Source: Clostridiales bacterium (GTDB lineage Bacteria > Bacillota > Clostridia > Christensenellales > UBA1242). Taken from it: a stretch of 64,000 nucleotides of DNA. The notes beneath the pieces were generated by a model, which ran no database searches, was not told the origin of the DNA, and was given only the letters and a program-made list of their open reading frames with translations. The DNA lies in assembly GCA_015069385.1 (NCBI GenBank), contig SVIS01000002.1, positions 33,480 through 97,479 on the forward strand. The letters are read 5' to 3'. Shown in pieces: positions 1-9,846 of the stretch (the first letter of the stretch is position 1; each line of letters begins with the position of its first letter). A program made the position numbers and the translations under genes.

Positions 1-372
1 ATTTATAGAACGTAAAAACTTTTCGTAATCTTTTGCAGCCAAGCATATAAAAGAATAAGCTTCATATAGATTTGCAGGAACTTCTTGCGAATGATTATTA
101 TAAAGTTCAGTATCTAACCCTTTTAAATATTTATAGTTGATGGCATCTTTAAATTCTAAACTATGGCGAACCTCACCAAACATAACCCCTTCTACTCCAG
201 TAATATCTGTTGAAATAAAGCCACAATTTGGACATTGATACACATATATATCTTTATATTTATTATAATTGTTTAAATCTTTTGTAACAAAACTATGCTC
301 TTCATCACCATAGTTATATTCTGAAAAATTTCCGCAACATGTGCAAAAACCCTCATCGTGTTTAATTTTCAT
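1..372 (-). CDS. hypothetical zinc-ribbon protein, N-terminal 124 codons (C-terminus lies beyond window start); possibly DUF2225-like
   Basis: My translation of the reverse strand from ATG 372..370 (GGGGAGA RBS just upstream) stays open to position 1: MKIKHDEGFCTCCGNF...YQCPNCGFISTD, with two Cys pairs. Absent from the ORF track because it is truncated. Confidence 0.55.
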   Translation of the reverse strand, partial: MKIKHDEGFCTCCGNFSEYNYGDEEHSFVTKDLNNYNKYKDIYVYQCPNCGFISTDITGVEGVMFGEVRHSLEFKDAINYKYLKGLDTELYNNHSQEVPANLYEAYSFICLAAKDYEKFLRSIN

Positions 373-431
373 ATTTTCTCCCCTATATTTTTATAGTAAC
401 ACATAAGCACGCAGATTTCAAGACAAAAATT

Positions 432-2234
432 CTACTTTACTTCCTCTTCTTTATAAAGGGAATAATATTCCTCACAAGTTTCCATTAAGTGCATATGTGT
501 CCCTTGAGCATAAGCATCGCCGTCTTTAATAAAAATAATCTTATCGCTATCTACTACTGTGCTTAATCTGTGTGCAATTACAATAACCGTATGGTCTTTT
601 GCTAAATCTTTAATTGTATTTTTAATAACAGATTGGTTTTTATTATCAAGCGCACTTGTTGCCTCGTCAAAAAGAAGTACTTTGCTATCACGTAAGACTG
701 CTCTTGCAATTGCAATACGTTGACGCTGTCCACCAGATAATTTTATTCCGTTTTCACCAAGTATACTATTGAGACCATCTTTTAATTGCATAACATCATT
801 ATAAATATTTGCTTTTGTAAGCGCATTCACTAATTCTTCTTGTGTTGCATCTTTTTTTGCAAGACGTAAATTTTCCTCTATACTCATGTTATAAATATAA
901 GGATTTTGACTTATATAACAAATATTTTGTCTTAAACAATCTTTAGTTAATTCCTTTATATTTACATCGTCTAATAATATTTCACCATCACCATCTTTAA
1001 TATCATACAAACGACTTATTAAAGATACAATTGTACTTTTACCTGCACCTGACAAACCAACAAGTGATGTTACTTTATTTTTTTCAAATTTTAAACTTAA
1101 ATTATTTAGTATATTAACATCATCTACGTATCCAAAACTAACATTATTAAACTCTAAGTATCCTTCAACATGTTCGAGATTAACATCGCCAAATTTTTCT
1201 ATAGGATATTTTGTTTCATCAAATATTTCATTTAATCTTTGTGCCGCTAGCGTACAATCACTTAAATAATTTTTAATTGTTATAATATAATTTGCAAAGC
1301 CCATAATTCTACCGCGATAGTTATATGCAATAATAAAAGCAGCTAATTCTATTTGACCATTAACAAGTAAATACACACAAAGAGCTATAAAGGCAAAACT
1401 TAAAACGCTTAATATTGCGCCTCTTCCACGTGAAATTCTATTCAATATTAAATTACTAGAGTATTCATATTCAGATTTTTCTTGTGCAATTTCAAACCCT
1501 GTTTCAAGTACACTATTGGTTGCGTTTACGCTTCTAATATCTTTCATACCTCTAATATTTTCGTTAATAAAACTATTTGCCCTTTCACTAACCTTTCTTA
1601 TAACTTTGTTGTGTTTTTGACGAGTGTTAATACGATAATATTCTAAAGCAATAGCTAATATTGTGTAGCCAATCATAAATAAACCAACCCATATATTAAG
1701 CGCAAATGTATAAGTTAAAAAACCAACTTGGGAAAGTGATTCAGAAATATAGTTTATAATTTGCAAAGGTACTCTACCTACAGTACTCACATCACTAAAC
1801 ATTCTAGTTGTAAATACACCAGTACCGGCGCTATCGAAACTGCTTTGGGTTATTTCATTTATTCTTATAGTTAAATCTTTAGTGATATAAAAAACTGAGT
1901 TTATAGAAACAAGACACCAAAATTTATGCATTATAAAATTCAACAAATGACTAATTAAAGCAAGAACAAGGCTTATAAGTGCTAAATTTAAAATTAAATT
2001 TGCATTAAAATCTGCTGTGAATTGTGCAATCATTTTGCCAGTAACTATTGGTGAAATTATTGAAATTGCCCCTAAAAGCAATAAAAATATTGATATTATA
2101 ATTAAATAACCTTTAAAGCGACTATAATATTTTATAAATGGCTTTAACTCTTTTAATTTAGCATTCTTTTTTTCTTCTTTTGTAAATTCAAACTTACGAG
2201 GCTTTGTAATAGGATATTTATCTTTTAAACTCAT
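432..2234 (-). CDS. ABC transporter, fused permease/ATP-binding protein (MsbA/MdlB-type exporter)
   Basis: 600 aa. Hydrophobic N-terminal half, then Walker A GLSGAGKST, ABC signature LSGGQRQR and Walker B LLFDEATSALD. Confidence 0.9.
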   Translation of the reverse strand: MSLKDKYPITKPRKFEFTKEEKKNAKLKELKPFIKYYSRFKGYLIIISIFLLLLGAISIISPIVTGKMIAQFTADFNANLILNLALISLVLALISHLLNFIMHKFWCLVSINSVFYITKDLTIRINEITQSSFDSAGTGVFTTRMFSDVSTVGRVPLQIINYISESLSQVGFLTYTFALNIWVGLFMIGYTILAIALEYYRINTRQKHNKVIRKVSERANSFINENIRGMKDIRSVNATNSVLETGFEIAQEKSEYEYSSNLILNRISRGRGAILSVLSFAFIALCVYLLVNGQIELAAFIIAYNYRGRIMGFANYIITIKNYLSDCTLAAQRLNEIFDETKYPIEKFGDVNLEHVEGYLEFNNVSFGYVDDVNILNNLSLKFEKNKVTSLVGLSGAGKSTIVSLISRLYDIKDGDGEILLDDVNIKELTKDCLRQNICYISQNPYIYNMSIEENLRLAKKDATQEELVNALTKANIYNDVMQLKDGLNSILGENGIKLSGGQRQRIAIARAVLRDSKVLLFDEATSALDNKNQSVIKNTIKDLAKDHTVIVIAHRLSTVVDSDKIIFIKDGDAYAQGTHMHLMETCEEYYSLYKEEEVK

Positions 2235-2355
2235 AATTTTTTCCTTTTATAACTCTTAGTTTAAGTATAACAGCAAAAAAGAACAAAAACAATAGCCTTT
2301 AATGTTTTTCTTGAATATTTATTAAATACATGCTAAAATAAAATAAGGAGATTTT

Positions 2356-2538
2356 ATGACAAAAAAGGAACTATTTTCTTTTATTAGTGAATTTAATAAA
2401 TTAGATGCCATTTCATCTGATACAATAATTGAAGGCTTATCAATTTTACCTGAAAAAGACCATAGCCTTTTTATGCTGCTTGTAAATTATAAAAATGGTA
2501 ACGACTTTAAAAATAAATTAAAGGCAGGTAAAATATAA
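2356..2538 (+). CDS. small protein, candidate antitoxin partner of the zeta-like toxin
   Basis: 60-aa ORF with AGGAG RBS. Its TAA stop overlaps the ATG of the downstream gene (TAATG at 2536-2540). No recognisable motif. Confidence 0.4.
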   Translation: MTKKELFSFISEFNKLDAISSDTIIEGLSILPEKDHSLFMLLVNYKNGNDFKNKLKAGKI

Positions 2539-3122
2539 TGCCAACTTTAACAATTTTTGCTGGTATTAATGGTGCAGGTAAATCTACTCTGTATGAATAT
2601 GAAAAACAAAAAACAGGAAATAAAGATTTTGGCAAAAGAGTAAACCCTGATGAAATTTTATTAGAGTTTAACGGCGACTGGTCTGCAACTGCAGACCAGT
2701 ACAAGTCTGGCAGAATTGCACTACAACGCATAAAAGTTTGTTTGGAAAATAAAGAATCTTTTAACTGGGAGACTACAGTTTTATCTTATTTTGCCATGCA
2801 AACAATAAAACTAGCAAAAAGTTTAGATTATACTATTAATTTGTTCTTTATTGGAGTTAATAATGTACAAACTTCTTTAAGCCGAATTAACAAAAGAATT
2901 AAGAAAGGTGGTCATGGAATAGATAAAAACCTAGTTATATCTAGATTCAATCATCAATATGATAATATTCAAACAGTTTTAAAAATGGTTGATAAAGCAA
3001 TTTTTTATGATAACTCACTTACCATGCAAATTGCAGCAACTTATGTAAATGATAAGTTTACTTATATAAACCTATATTATAAATGGACAGAAAAAATTAT
3101 TGATGCTTCTAAAAATAAATAA
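2538..3122 (+). CDS. zeta-toxin family P-loop kinase-like protein
   Basis: 194 aa. N-terminal Walker A FAGINGAGKST. The size and layout are typical of short zeta-toxin/AAA kinase family proteins. Confidence 0.65.
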   Translation: MPTLTIFAGINGAGKSTLYEYEKQKTGNKDFGKRVNPDEILLEFNGDWSATADQYKSGRIALQRIKVCLENKESFNWETTVLSYFAMQTIKLAKSLDYTINLFFIGVNNVQTSLSRINKRIKKGGHGIDKNLVISRFNHQYDNIQTVLKMVDKAIFYDNSLTMQIAATYVNDKFTYINLYYKWTEKIIDASKNK

Positions 3123-3187
3123 TTTATATTAAATGTTGTTTTAATTGACAATAAATTAAAATATTATTAAAATAAAAAAGGTAAGAT

Positions 3188-3607
3188 ATGCAGTATAAAA
3201 GAATTATGTGCCTAGATTATGGCGACAGAAGAATTGGCATTGCCTTTTCTGATTTACTTCAAACCATTGCTAGCCCTTACGACACGTACACTAGGAAGGA
3301 TTTAAATTCTGACTTAAATTTCTTTTTGGAGTTGTCTAAGCAACAAGAAGTTGAAAGGGTTATTATTGGTCTTCCCTACAATATGGATGGTACAAGTGGC
3401 GAACGAATTGAAGTAACTAAAGAATTTGGTAATCTACTTGAAAAAAAATTGAATTTGCCAATTGAATATGTTGATGAACGATTATCATCTGTTGAGGCTG
3501 AAGACATTTTAGCCGAGGCACGTGTTCCTGCAATTAAACGTAAGGGACTTATTGATAAAATAGCTGCAGGTATCATACTTCAAAATTACCTAAATTCAAG
3601 GAAATAA
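3188..3607 (+). CDS. ruvX: putative pre-16S rRNA nuclease / Holliday junction resolvase-like YqgF
   Basis: 139 aa. N-terminal CLDYGDRRIGIAFSD and GLPYNMDGT motifs of the YqgF/RuvX family. Followed by DUF1292, as in the Bacillota yrrK-yrzB arrangement. Confidence 0.9.
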   Translation: MQYKRIMCLDYGDRRIGIAFSDLLQTIASPYDTYTRKDLNSDLNFFLELSKQQEVERVIIGLPYNMDGTSGERIEVTKEFGNLLEKKLNLPIEYVDERLSSVEAEDILAEARVPAIKRKGLIDKIAAGIILQNYLNSRK

Positions 3608-3618
3608 GGAGAATTATT

Positions 3619-3945
3619 ATGGAAAAAGATACTAAACAAGAAGTTCAAGAAGTTGACATTTTAGACATTTTATTAGATGAAGACAATGAAGACCCAATTA
3701 CCCTTTATGATGAAAATTCTAAGGCAATAAAATTTGACCAAGTTGCAATTATTCCTATGGATGATAAACTATATGCAATTTTAAAACCAATTGATGAAAT
3801 TAAAGGTGTTGCTGATGATGAGGCTATTGTTTTTGCTATTAATGAAAATGATAATGGTGAAACCACTTTAATTGTAGAAACTGATGAACCAACTGCAATG
3901 CGCGTATTCGATGAATACTATAGATTATTAGATGAACAAAAATAG
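3619..3945 (+). CDS. DUF1292 (UPF0473, YrzB-like) protein
   Basis: 108 aa, acidic. Has the pattern ...FDQVAIIPMDDKLYAILKP...DDEAIVF typical of DUF1292. Conserved position after ruvX. Confidence 0.75.
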   Translation: MEKDTKQEVQEVDILDILLDEDNEDPITLYDENSKAIKFDQVAIIPMDDKLYAILKPIDEIKGVADDEAIVFAINENDNGETTLIVETDEPTAMRVFDEYYRLLDEQK

Positions 3946-4007
3946 ATTATAAAAATAATGTTTTTTTTAAGTGACCCCGTAAGGGTGCACTCAAAAATAA
4001 AGATATT

Positions 4008-4039
4008 AGGAAGAAATTTTAGATTTCTTCCTATTTTTT
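4008..4039 (+). terminator. rho-independent terminator (usable in both directions)
   Basis: Perfect 10-bp stem AGGAAGAAAT / ATTTCTTCCT (4008-4017, 4023-4032) followed by ATTTTTT. Lies between convergent genes. Confidence 0.75.
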
Positions 4040-4208
4040 AATCTTTTAAGCCCTCTACAATCCTCTATAAAAATACCTCCTATATGGATTTTACCATTAG
4101 GAAGTATTTGTTTGAAGTGTCTTTTTATTTTACTGAGCAAAAGTGTTCAGTTCTTTAAAGTATCACTATCTTTATTATTCAAAATTATTAAAGCGAGTTT
4201 TAAAAGTT

Positions 4209-4844
4209 TTACTTATTTTTTGCAGCACCACAATGTGGGCAAGTATTTAAATTTTCTTTATAATTACCACCACAATAACGACATTCAATATCTTTTGGGA
4301 TATTCAATCCAACTTGAAAATCTTTCTTTTCTTGAATATTTTTGACTTCTTTATTTTTCTTATATTGTTTAATAGCTAAATATAATACGAAACCTCCCAG
4401 TGCAAATAATACTATTGCAGCAATAATAGTTGCAGGTATATTTCCTACTGGATCTTTTTCCGTTATTATATTAGGATTAGATATTAAATAAAAAATTACA
4501 ACTTGTTTTCCAATAATTTCTGGATATTCCCATCCCTCTTCACTTGTGTTTTCATAATTTACACCTTCAATTGTATATTGATATGTAGAATAATACCAAC
4601 CATCTGAATAGGTATTCTCCACACATTGACCAACTACTTCGCTATAATCATCTTTTATAGATATAGAAGAAATAGCTCCTATTATTGCACAAAAACCAAT
4701 AAATAATGTAATTATAGCACCACAAAATAATGCACCAGTTGTGCACTTATGCCCACCAACTATAAAAATACCATGACGACTAGACCCAAAACTACTTGAT
4801 CTACTACTCCCTCTACCGCCAGAAAAGCTTCTTCCTCTACCCAT
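4209..4844 (-). CDS. membrane protein with DUF3592-like core and C-terminal zinc ribbon
   Basis: 211 aa. Gly/Ser/Arg-rich N-terminus, two TM segments, C-terminal CRYCGG...CPHCG. Confidence 0.5.
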   Translation of the reverse strand: MGRGRSFSGGRGSSRSSSFGSSRHGIFIVGGHKCTTGALFCGAIITLFIGFCAIIGAISSISIKDDYSEVVGQCVENTYSDGWYYSTYQYTIEGVNYENTSEEGWEYPEIIGKQVVIFYLISNPNIITEKDPVGNIPATIIAAIVLFALGGFVLYLAIKQYKKNKEVKNIQEKKDFQVGLNIPKDIECRYCGGNYKENLNTCPHCGAAKNK

Positions 4845-4855
4845 AACATGCCCTT

Positions 4856-6328
4856 TTATTGTAATCTATTAATACAATTTTGAATTCTGTTTAATGACTC
4901 TTCTTTGCCTAATAAATAAAGCATTTCTGCGCCTCCACCAGGAGTTACAACTTGACCTGTTACACCAATTCTAAGCGGCCACATTGTTTTACCTATTTTA
5001 AATTCTTTTTCAGTAGTATAATCTTGAATTATTTTGTTTAAATTTTCAACTGACCAATCTTTAGTAGCAGTTAAAGTTACATACATATCTTGCAATATTT
5101 GCAAACTTTGTGCTTTATCTAGTTTATTCTTTTTATTTTCAAACAATGCTAAATCAAAATCTGTATAATTACTTAAAAATTCAAACATTGGAACAATATC
5201 AGAAAATTTGCTTATTCTACTTTGAGCAAGTGTTGATGCAAAGTCCCACTTTTCTTTTAAATATTCTGGTAATTCTTTAATGTAATCTTTAGAATATTCA
5301 ATAAATTCTTCATGTGACATTTGAGTAATATAAATTGCATTAAACCAATCTAATTTTTTATAGTCAAAAATTGCATTGGTTTTAACAATTCCGTCAATAT
5401 CAAACATTTCAACAAGTTCTGATAGTGAAAATACTTCCCTTTCTTGTCTTGCGCTCCAACCAAGTAGCGCAATATAGTTTATAATTGCCTCTTGTAAATA
5501 ACCAAGTTCTAACAATTTTGCAAAGCTTACAGCGCCATGACGTTTAGAAAGCTTTGAAACAGTGCCATCTGCATTTTGTCCCATAATTGTAGAAAGGTGA
5601 ATTGTTTTTGGTGCTTCCCAACCGAATGCATTGTACAAAAGTTGATATTTAGGAGTTGACGAAATATATTCTTTACCTCTAATTACATGAGTTATATCCA
5701 TTAAATAGTCATCAACAACATTTGCGAAATTGTAAGTTGGCATTCCATCACTTTTTAGCAAAATTTGGTCATCTAGTGTATTTGTGTCAACAGTTATATC
5801 ACCATAAACTTCATCATGGAATGTTATCGTGCTATCAATTGGCACTTTTTGCCTAATTACATAAGGTTTTCCTTCTGCTAAATTTTTTTCAACTTCTTCT
5901 TTACTTAAATTACGGCAATGGCGATTATAACCGTATGTTTTTACTTCTTCTTCGTGAGAATCTTCGTCTGTGTCTTCTTCATCTTTATTACCAGAACAAA
6001 AACAATAATAAGCCTCACCTTTTTCAACAAGTTTTAGTGCATATTCTTTATACATAGGTTTGCGCTCACTTTGAACATAAGGGCCATAGTTTCCACCAAT
6101 ATCTGGACCTTCATCGTGTATTAAGTGCGTTTGCTCTAGAGTTTTATATATAACTTCAGTTGCACCTTCAACATAACGTTTTTGGTCTGTATCCTCAATT
6201 CTTAAAATAAATTTACCGTTATCATGTTTTGCAAATAAATATGCATATAATGCAGTACGCAAATTACCAATATGCATATAGCCTGTTGGACTTGGTGCAA
6301 AACGTGTTCTTACTTCTTTTTTATCCAT
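4856..6328 (-). CDS. gltX: glutamate--tRNA ligase
   Basis: 490 aa. Class I HIGH motif (PSPTGYMHIGNLRTA) and KMSKS-like KLSKR. Full-length GluRS layout. Confidence 0.95.
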   Translation of the reverse strand: MDKKEVRTRFAPSPTGYMHIGNLRTALYAYLFAKHDNGKFILRIEDTDQKRYVEGATEVIYKTLEQTHLIHDEGPDIGGNYGPYVQSERKPMYKEYALKLVEKGEAYYCFCSGNKDEEDTDEDSHEEEVKTYGYNRHCRNLSKEEVEKNLAEGKPYVIRQKVPIDSTITFHDEVYGDITVDTNTLDDQILLKSDGMPTYNFANVVDDYLMDITHVIRGKEYISSTPKYQLLYNAFGWEAPKTIHLSTIMGQNADGTVSKLSKRHGAVSFAKLLELGYLQEAIINYIALLGWSARQEREVFSLSELVEMFDIDGIVKTNAIFDYKKLDWFNAIYITQMSHEEFIEYSKDYIKELPEYLKEKWDFASTLAQSRISKFSDIVPMFEFLSNYTDFDLALFENKKNKLDKAQSLQILQDMYVTLTATKDWSVENLNKIIQDYTTEKEFKIGKTMWPLRIGVTGQVVTPGGGAEMLYLLGKEESLNRIQNCINRLQ

Positions 6329-6436
6329 ATATATTCCTTTTATTTAACTTTGATATTTTAAATTCTATTAACGTTAAAGTCAAGTAAAAAAGATAATCTG
6401 TATACTACCATTTATTTAGTGAAAAATAATAATAAA

Positions 6437-6590
6437 ACTATGTGATGTTTCTTTGTTCGTTTTACTCACAAATCAAGTTTGTTGTCGCAAACTCCTTGCT
6501 ATGCAAGGCATCACAAGTTTGAATAAACTTCAGTTTTGCTTGCAAATGCCTGTCGGCGCTTGCAGACAAAACTTCAGATAATATAAAATA
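6437..6590 (-). promoter_or_regulatory. GC-enriched structured element in the gltX 5' region (unclassified leader or small RNA)
   Basis: A stretch of about 150 nt that is clearly more GC-rich than its surroundings. It has nested complementary segments: TGTGATG/CATCACA, CCTTGC-ATA-GCAAGG, AGTTTG-N6-CAAACT, and a 13-bp stem around the loop GCGCCGACAGGCAT. Strand and class are not established. Confidence 0.3.
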
Positions 6591-6665
6591 ATCTTTTAGA
6601 AAATTTGATAAAAATAATTATTTATGATATTATCAAAATAACAATATTAATATTTGGAGTAAAAT

Positions 6666-7163
6666 ATGAAATTAGAACAAATAGTATTTGAAATTTTAAA
6701 ACAAAAAGGATACAAGGTTGCAACTGCTGAAAGTTGCACTGGAGGATTGCTCGCTTCTACCCTCATTAATGTTAATGGTGCATCTGAAATTATTGATATG
6801 AGTTTTGTAACTTATTCTAACGAAGCAAAACAAGAACTTGTTTATGTGAAAAAAGAAACTATAGAAAAATACAATGTTGTAAGTGAGCAAGTTGCAAAAG
6901 AAATGGCTCTTGGTGCTGCAAAGCATGCAAGAGCCCAAATAGGACTTTCTACAACTGGTCTTGCTGGCCCTGGCGGTGGAACAAAAGAAAGACCTGTAGG
7001 CACAGTATGTTTTGGAATAAGCATAAATGGTGATGTTTATACTTTTACGCATATATTTAAAAACATTTCAAGGCAATATATTCGCAAAGCAAGTGTGAAG
7101 TTTATACTCAAAAAATTCGTTGAGATATTAGAGAAAAACATTAATAAAAAAATCAGCCCCTAA
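6666..7163 (+). CDS. pncC: CinA C-terminal domain protein / nicotinamide-nucleotide amidohydrolase
   Basis: 165 aa. ATAESCTGGLLAS and GLAGPGGGT...PVGTV motifs characteristic of the CinA/PncC domain. Confidence 0.85.
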   Translation: MKLEQIVFEILKQKGYKVATAESCTGGLLASTLINVNGASEIIDMSFVTYSNEAKQELVYVKKETIEKYNVVSEQVAKEMALGAAKHARAQIGLSTTGLAGPGGGTKERPVGTVCFGISINGDVYTFTHIFKNISRQYIRKASVKFILKKFVEILEKNINKKISP

Positions 7164-7180
7164 TAGGACTGTTTTTTTAT

Positions 7181-7550
7181 AGTTAGTCTATAAGCCGAGT
7201 TCTGTATTAAATGGTCATCTTTCTAGTTATATTGTCTCCAATATAATCATTTGATAAATTGCTTTACCAAGTAGCGATATTTTTGCACCACGAGAAAGGA
7301 CACTCTTATATGTGGTGACTTAATCTTGCCTTAAATGGGGTTTGCATTGACCAAAGTTGTTACCAACTTTGCGGTGAGCTTTTACCTCACCTTTTCACCT
7401 TTTCCAAACCATGAAGATTTGGTAGTTATTTTCTGTTGCACTTTCCTTAGAGTCGCCTCCACCGGGATTTCTCCGGCATTACTTCCTTTAAAGGCTCGGA
7501 CTTTCCTCTCCGCTATCATTACGAGTAGCGCAGCGACCATCTGGCTAACT
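7181..7550 (-). ncRNA. rnpB: RNase P RNA (bacterial, Bacillota type)
   Basis: The reverse strand contains GAGGAAAGTCCG (rc of 7497-7508), AGGAAAGTGCAACAGAAA and, near the 3' end, ACAGAACTCGGCTTA (rc of 7191-7205). The 5' AGTTAG and 3' CTAACT ends can form P1. The track ORF 7335..7565 lies antisense inside it. Confidence 0.9.
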
Positions 7551-7621
7551 ACTTTTATATTTTAACATTGTATAATTGCTTTGTCAAGATTGTTAAAGTT
7601 GAATCATATTATTAAATTATA

Positions 7622-8287
7622 TTACTTTACTATCTCATCAACAATATTATAGAGTTGTCCTTTAGAAATATTTTCTTTAACAACTAATGATTTCTTTTTT
7701 TGACAAATAGATTCAAATGTTTCATATTCATCTAATACAAAAGCCTTAAACTCTTCTTTTGTTTTTTTATTAGATATATATTCATTTGCCTTATTTTTTA
7801 AATGATTTTTTAAAGCTAATTTTAACATTACAACAATATCTGAATAAACAAGCAATTCTGGATCAGCCCAAACAAGTGTTGATGCTCCATCTCTTTCTAC
7901 AAATTTTATTAATGTTTGCAAATTAGAAATTTTAGCATCAGAAGAATATTGAAATAAAAAATCTGTTACCTTATTACCATTTTTGTCCACTATTGCCCAT
8001 TTATAGCTTTGATATTGTCCACCTTGAATTAATCCAAAACCATAATAAAATGGTTTTAATCCGCCATATGAATAAATAGATATAATATGTTTTTCTATTC
8101 CCTTTTCATTTAAAAGATAAATATTTCCATTAAAATTAACTAACGCAAAACCATCATAAAATTCTGTTGCATTGTCATATTTTGGTTCTATCACTACTTT
8201 ACCTTGATCATTTTTATAACCAAAAACTTCTTCTTTGCCACCAATAGATGTATCGGCAGTTTTTTTGGAAAACAAATTTAAACTCAT
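7622..8287 (-). CDS. WG-repeat-containing protein
   Basis: Repeats of the KWG/WG type (GKVVIEPKYDNATEFYDGFALV, KWAIVDKNGNKVTDFLF). Start moved to ATG 8287, which has an AGGAG RBS. Confidence 0.6.
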   Translation of the reverse strand: MSLNLFSKKTADTSIGGKEEVFGYKNDQGKVVIEPKYDNATEFYDGFALVNFNGNIYLLNEKGIEKHIISIYSYGGLKPFYYGFGLIQGGQYQSYKWAIVDKNGNKVTDFLFQYSSDAKISNLQTLIKFVERDGASTLVWADPELLVYSDIVVMLKLALKNHLKNKANEYISNKKTKEEFKAFVLDEYETFESICQKKKSLVVKENISKGQLYNIVDEIVK

Positions 8288-8339
8288 AAAAACTCCTCTT
8301 TTACAAAAGAGTATCATTAAACAAATTTTCTGTCAATAT

Positions 8340-8370
8340 CAAAAAATCCACCCTCGGTGGATTTTTATTT
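8340..8370 (-). terminator. rho-independent terminator downstream of serS
   Basis: Stem ATCCACC / GGTGGAT (8346-8352, 8356-8362) with T-runs on both strands. Confidence 0.75.
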
Positions 8371-8382
8371 TGCAAAATATGT

Positions 8383-9669
8383 TTACTTCTTAGGATTAAT
8401 TATGGCTTTGCCACCCATGTAAGGACGAAGCACTTCTGGAACAGTAACAGTGCCATCTGCATTATAATTGTTTTCTAAAAGTGCAATAAGTGCACGAGTT
8501 GAAGCAAGTACTGTGTTATTTAAAGTATGAGGGAAATAATTACCGTTCTCACCCTTTACTCTTATTCCAAGTCTGCGAGATTGAGCATCACTTAAATTAG
8601 AACAAGAGCCAACTTCAAAGAATTTTTGTTGACGTGGACTCCAAGCCTCTATATCGCAAGATTTTACTTTTAAATCTGCCAAGTCACCTGAGCAACATTC
8701 AAGTTGTCTTACAGGAATATTTAAATTACGGAATATTTCAACTGTATAAGACCACATTTTTTCATACCAATTCATACTTTCTTCTGGTTTGCAAATTACA
8801 ATCATTTCTTGTTTTTCAAATTGGTGTACTCTATAAATGCCACGTTCTTCAATGCCGTGTGCGCCAACTTCTTTTCTAAAACATGGAGAGTATGATGTCA
8901 TTGTAACAGGGAGTTCTATTTCCTTTAAAATTTGGTCTTTAAATTTGCCTATCATAGAGTGTTCGCTTGTTCCAATTAAATACAAGTCCTCACCTTCAAT
9001 TTTATACATCATTGCGTCCATTTCAGCAAAACTCATAACTCCTGTTACAACGTCGCTTCTAATCATAAATGGAGGAATAGCATATATAAAGTTTTTATCA
9101 ATCATATAATCTCTTGCATAAGAAATCATAGCAGTAACTAACCTTGCAGCATCACCCATTAAATAATAAAAACCATTGCCGCTTGTTCTACCTGCACTTT
9201 CTTTATCTAAACCACAAAAAGACTCTAAAATATCCGCATTGTAAGGTATTTCATATTCTGGTACTTTTGCCTCGCCAAAACGTTTAAGTTCAACGTTTTC
9301 GCTATCATCTTTTCCAACAGGCACTGAAGCATCAATAATGTTTGGAATTGTCATCATAATTTTTTTGATTTTTTTATCAATTTCTGTCTGTTTTGCTTCG
9401 ATTTCAACTAATTTTTCAGCACCTGCTTTAACTTTTGCTTTTATTTCCTCTGCTTCAGCAACGCGCTTTTCTTTCATAAGCATGCCAACTTGACCTGACA
9501 AAGTTTTACGTTCTGCACGTAAATCATCGCCAAGTTGTTTTAATTCACGATTTTGTTTGTCAAGTGCAATAACTTCATCTACAAGTGGAAGTTTTGCATC
9601 TTGAAATTTCTTTTTTATATTTTCTCTAACTATTTCAGGATTGTTTCTTATAATATTAATATCAATCAT
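8383..9669 (-). CDS. serS: serine--tRNA ligase
   Basis: Coiled-coil N-terminal arm plus class II core (FRKEVGAHG, GSCSN...RRLGIR). Start set at ATG 9669 (MIDINIIRNNPE, RBS GGAGAA) rather than the longer track ORF. Confidence 0.95.
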   Translation of the reverse strand: MIDINIIRNNPEIVRENIKKKFQDAKLPLVDEVIALDKQNRELKQLGDDLRAERKTLSGQVGMLMKEKRVAEAEEIKAKVKAGAEKLVEIEAKQTEIDKKIKKIMMTIPNIIDASVPVGKDDSENVELKRFGEAKVPEYEIPYNADILESFCGLDKESAGRTSGNGFYYLMGDAARLVTAMISYARDYMIDKNFIYAIPPFMIRSDVVTGVMSFAEMDAMMYKIEGEDLYLIGTSEHSMIGKFKDQILKEIELPVTMTSYSPCFRKEVGAHGIEERGIYRVHQFEKQEMIVICKPEESMNWYEKMWSYTVEIFRNLNIPVRQLECCSGDLADLKVKSCDIEAWSPRQQKFFEVGSCSNLSDAQSRRLGIRVKGENGNYFPHTLNNTVLASTRALIALLENNYNADGTVTVPEVLRPYMGGKAIINPKK

Positions 9670-9846
9670 ACTTTCTCCTAGCATTAAAAAATTTGAAAAT
9701 AGTTTAATACTTTGCGCCCAATTTGTCAATAAAACATTGTTGTTTAAGGTGTGTTTTATTTAATAATTTTAAATCTTTCTAACCATGAGCGATATTGACA
9801 ATTTTTAAACTATATGATAGCATTTATTCAGAAAAAAGGAAAAATT

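Noticed and set aside
6330-6600. T-box riboswitch upstream of gltX
   Set aside because: I could not find the conserved T-box sequence, the AG bulge/GNUGGNA distal loop, a Glu specifier in the right context or a terminator hairpin with a U-tract. Only TGGTA occurs. I kept the region as an unclassified structured element.
7335-7565. 76-aa + strand ORF from the track
   Set aside because: It lies entirely antisense within the RNase P RNA gene (conserved GAGGAAAGTCCG and ACAGAAC.CGGCTTA blocks on the minus strand) and has no RBS.
9670-9729. 20-codon N-terminal extension of serS, and similar 5' extensions in track ORFs (7622..8317, 12244..14274, 16468..16722, 33326..34624, 35152..35802, 37552..38574, 47599..47793)
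   Set aside because: In each case an internal ATG is preceded by a clear Shine-Dalgarno sequence and gives the expected conserved N-terminus or signal peptide. The longer forms lack an RBS.
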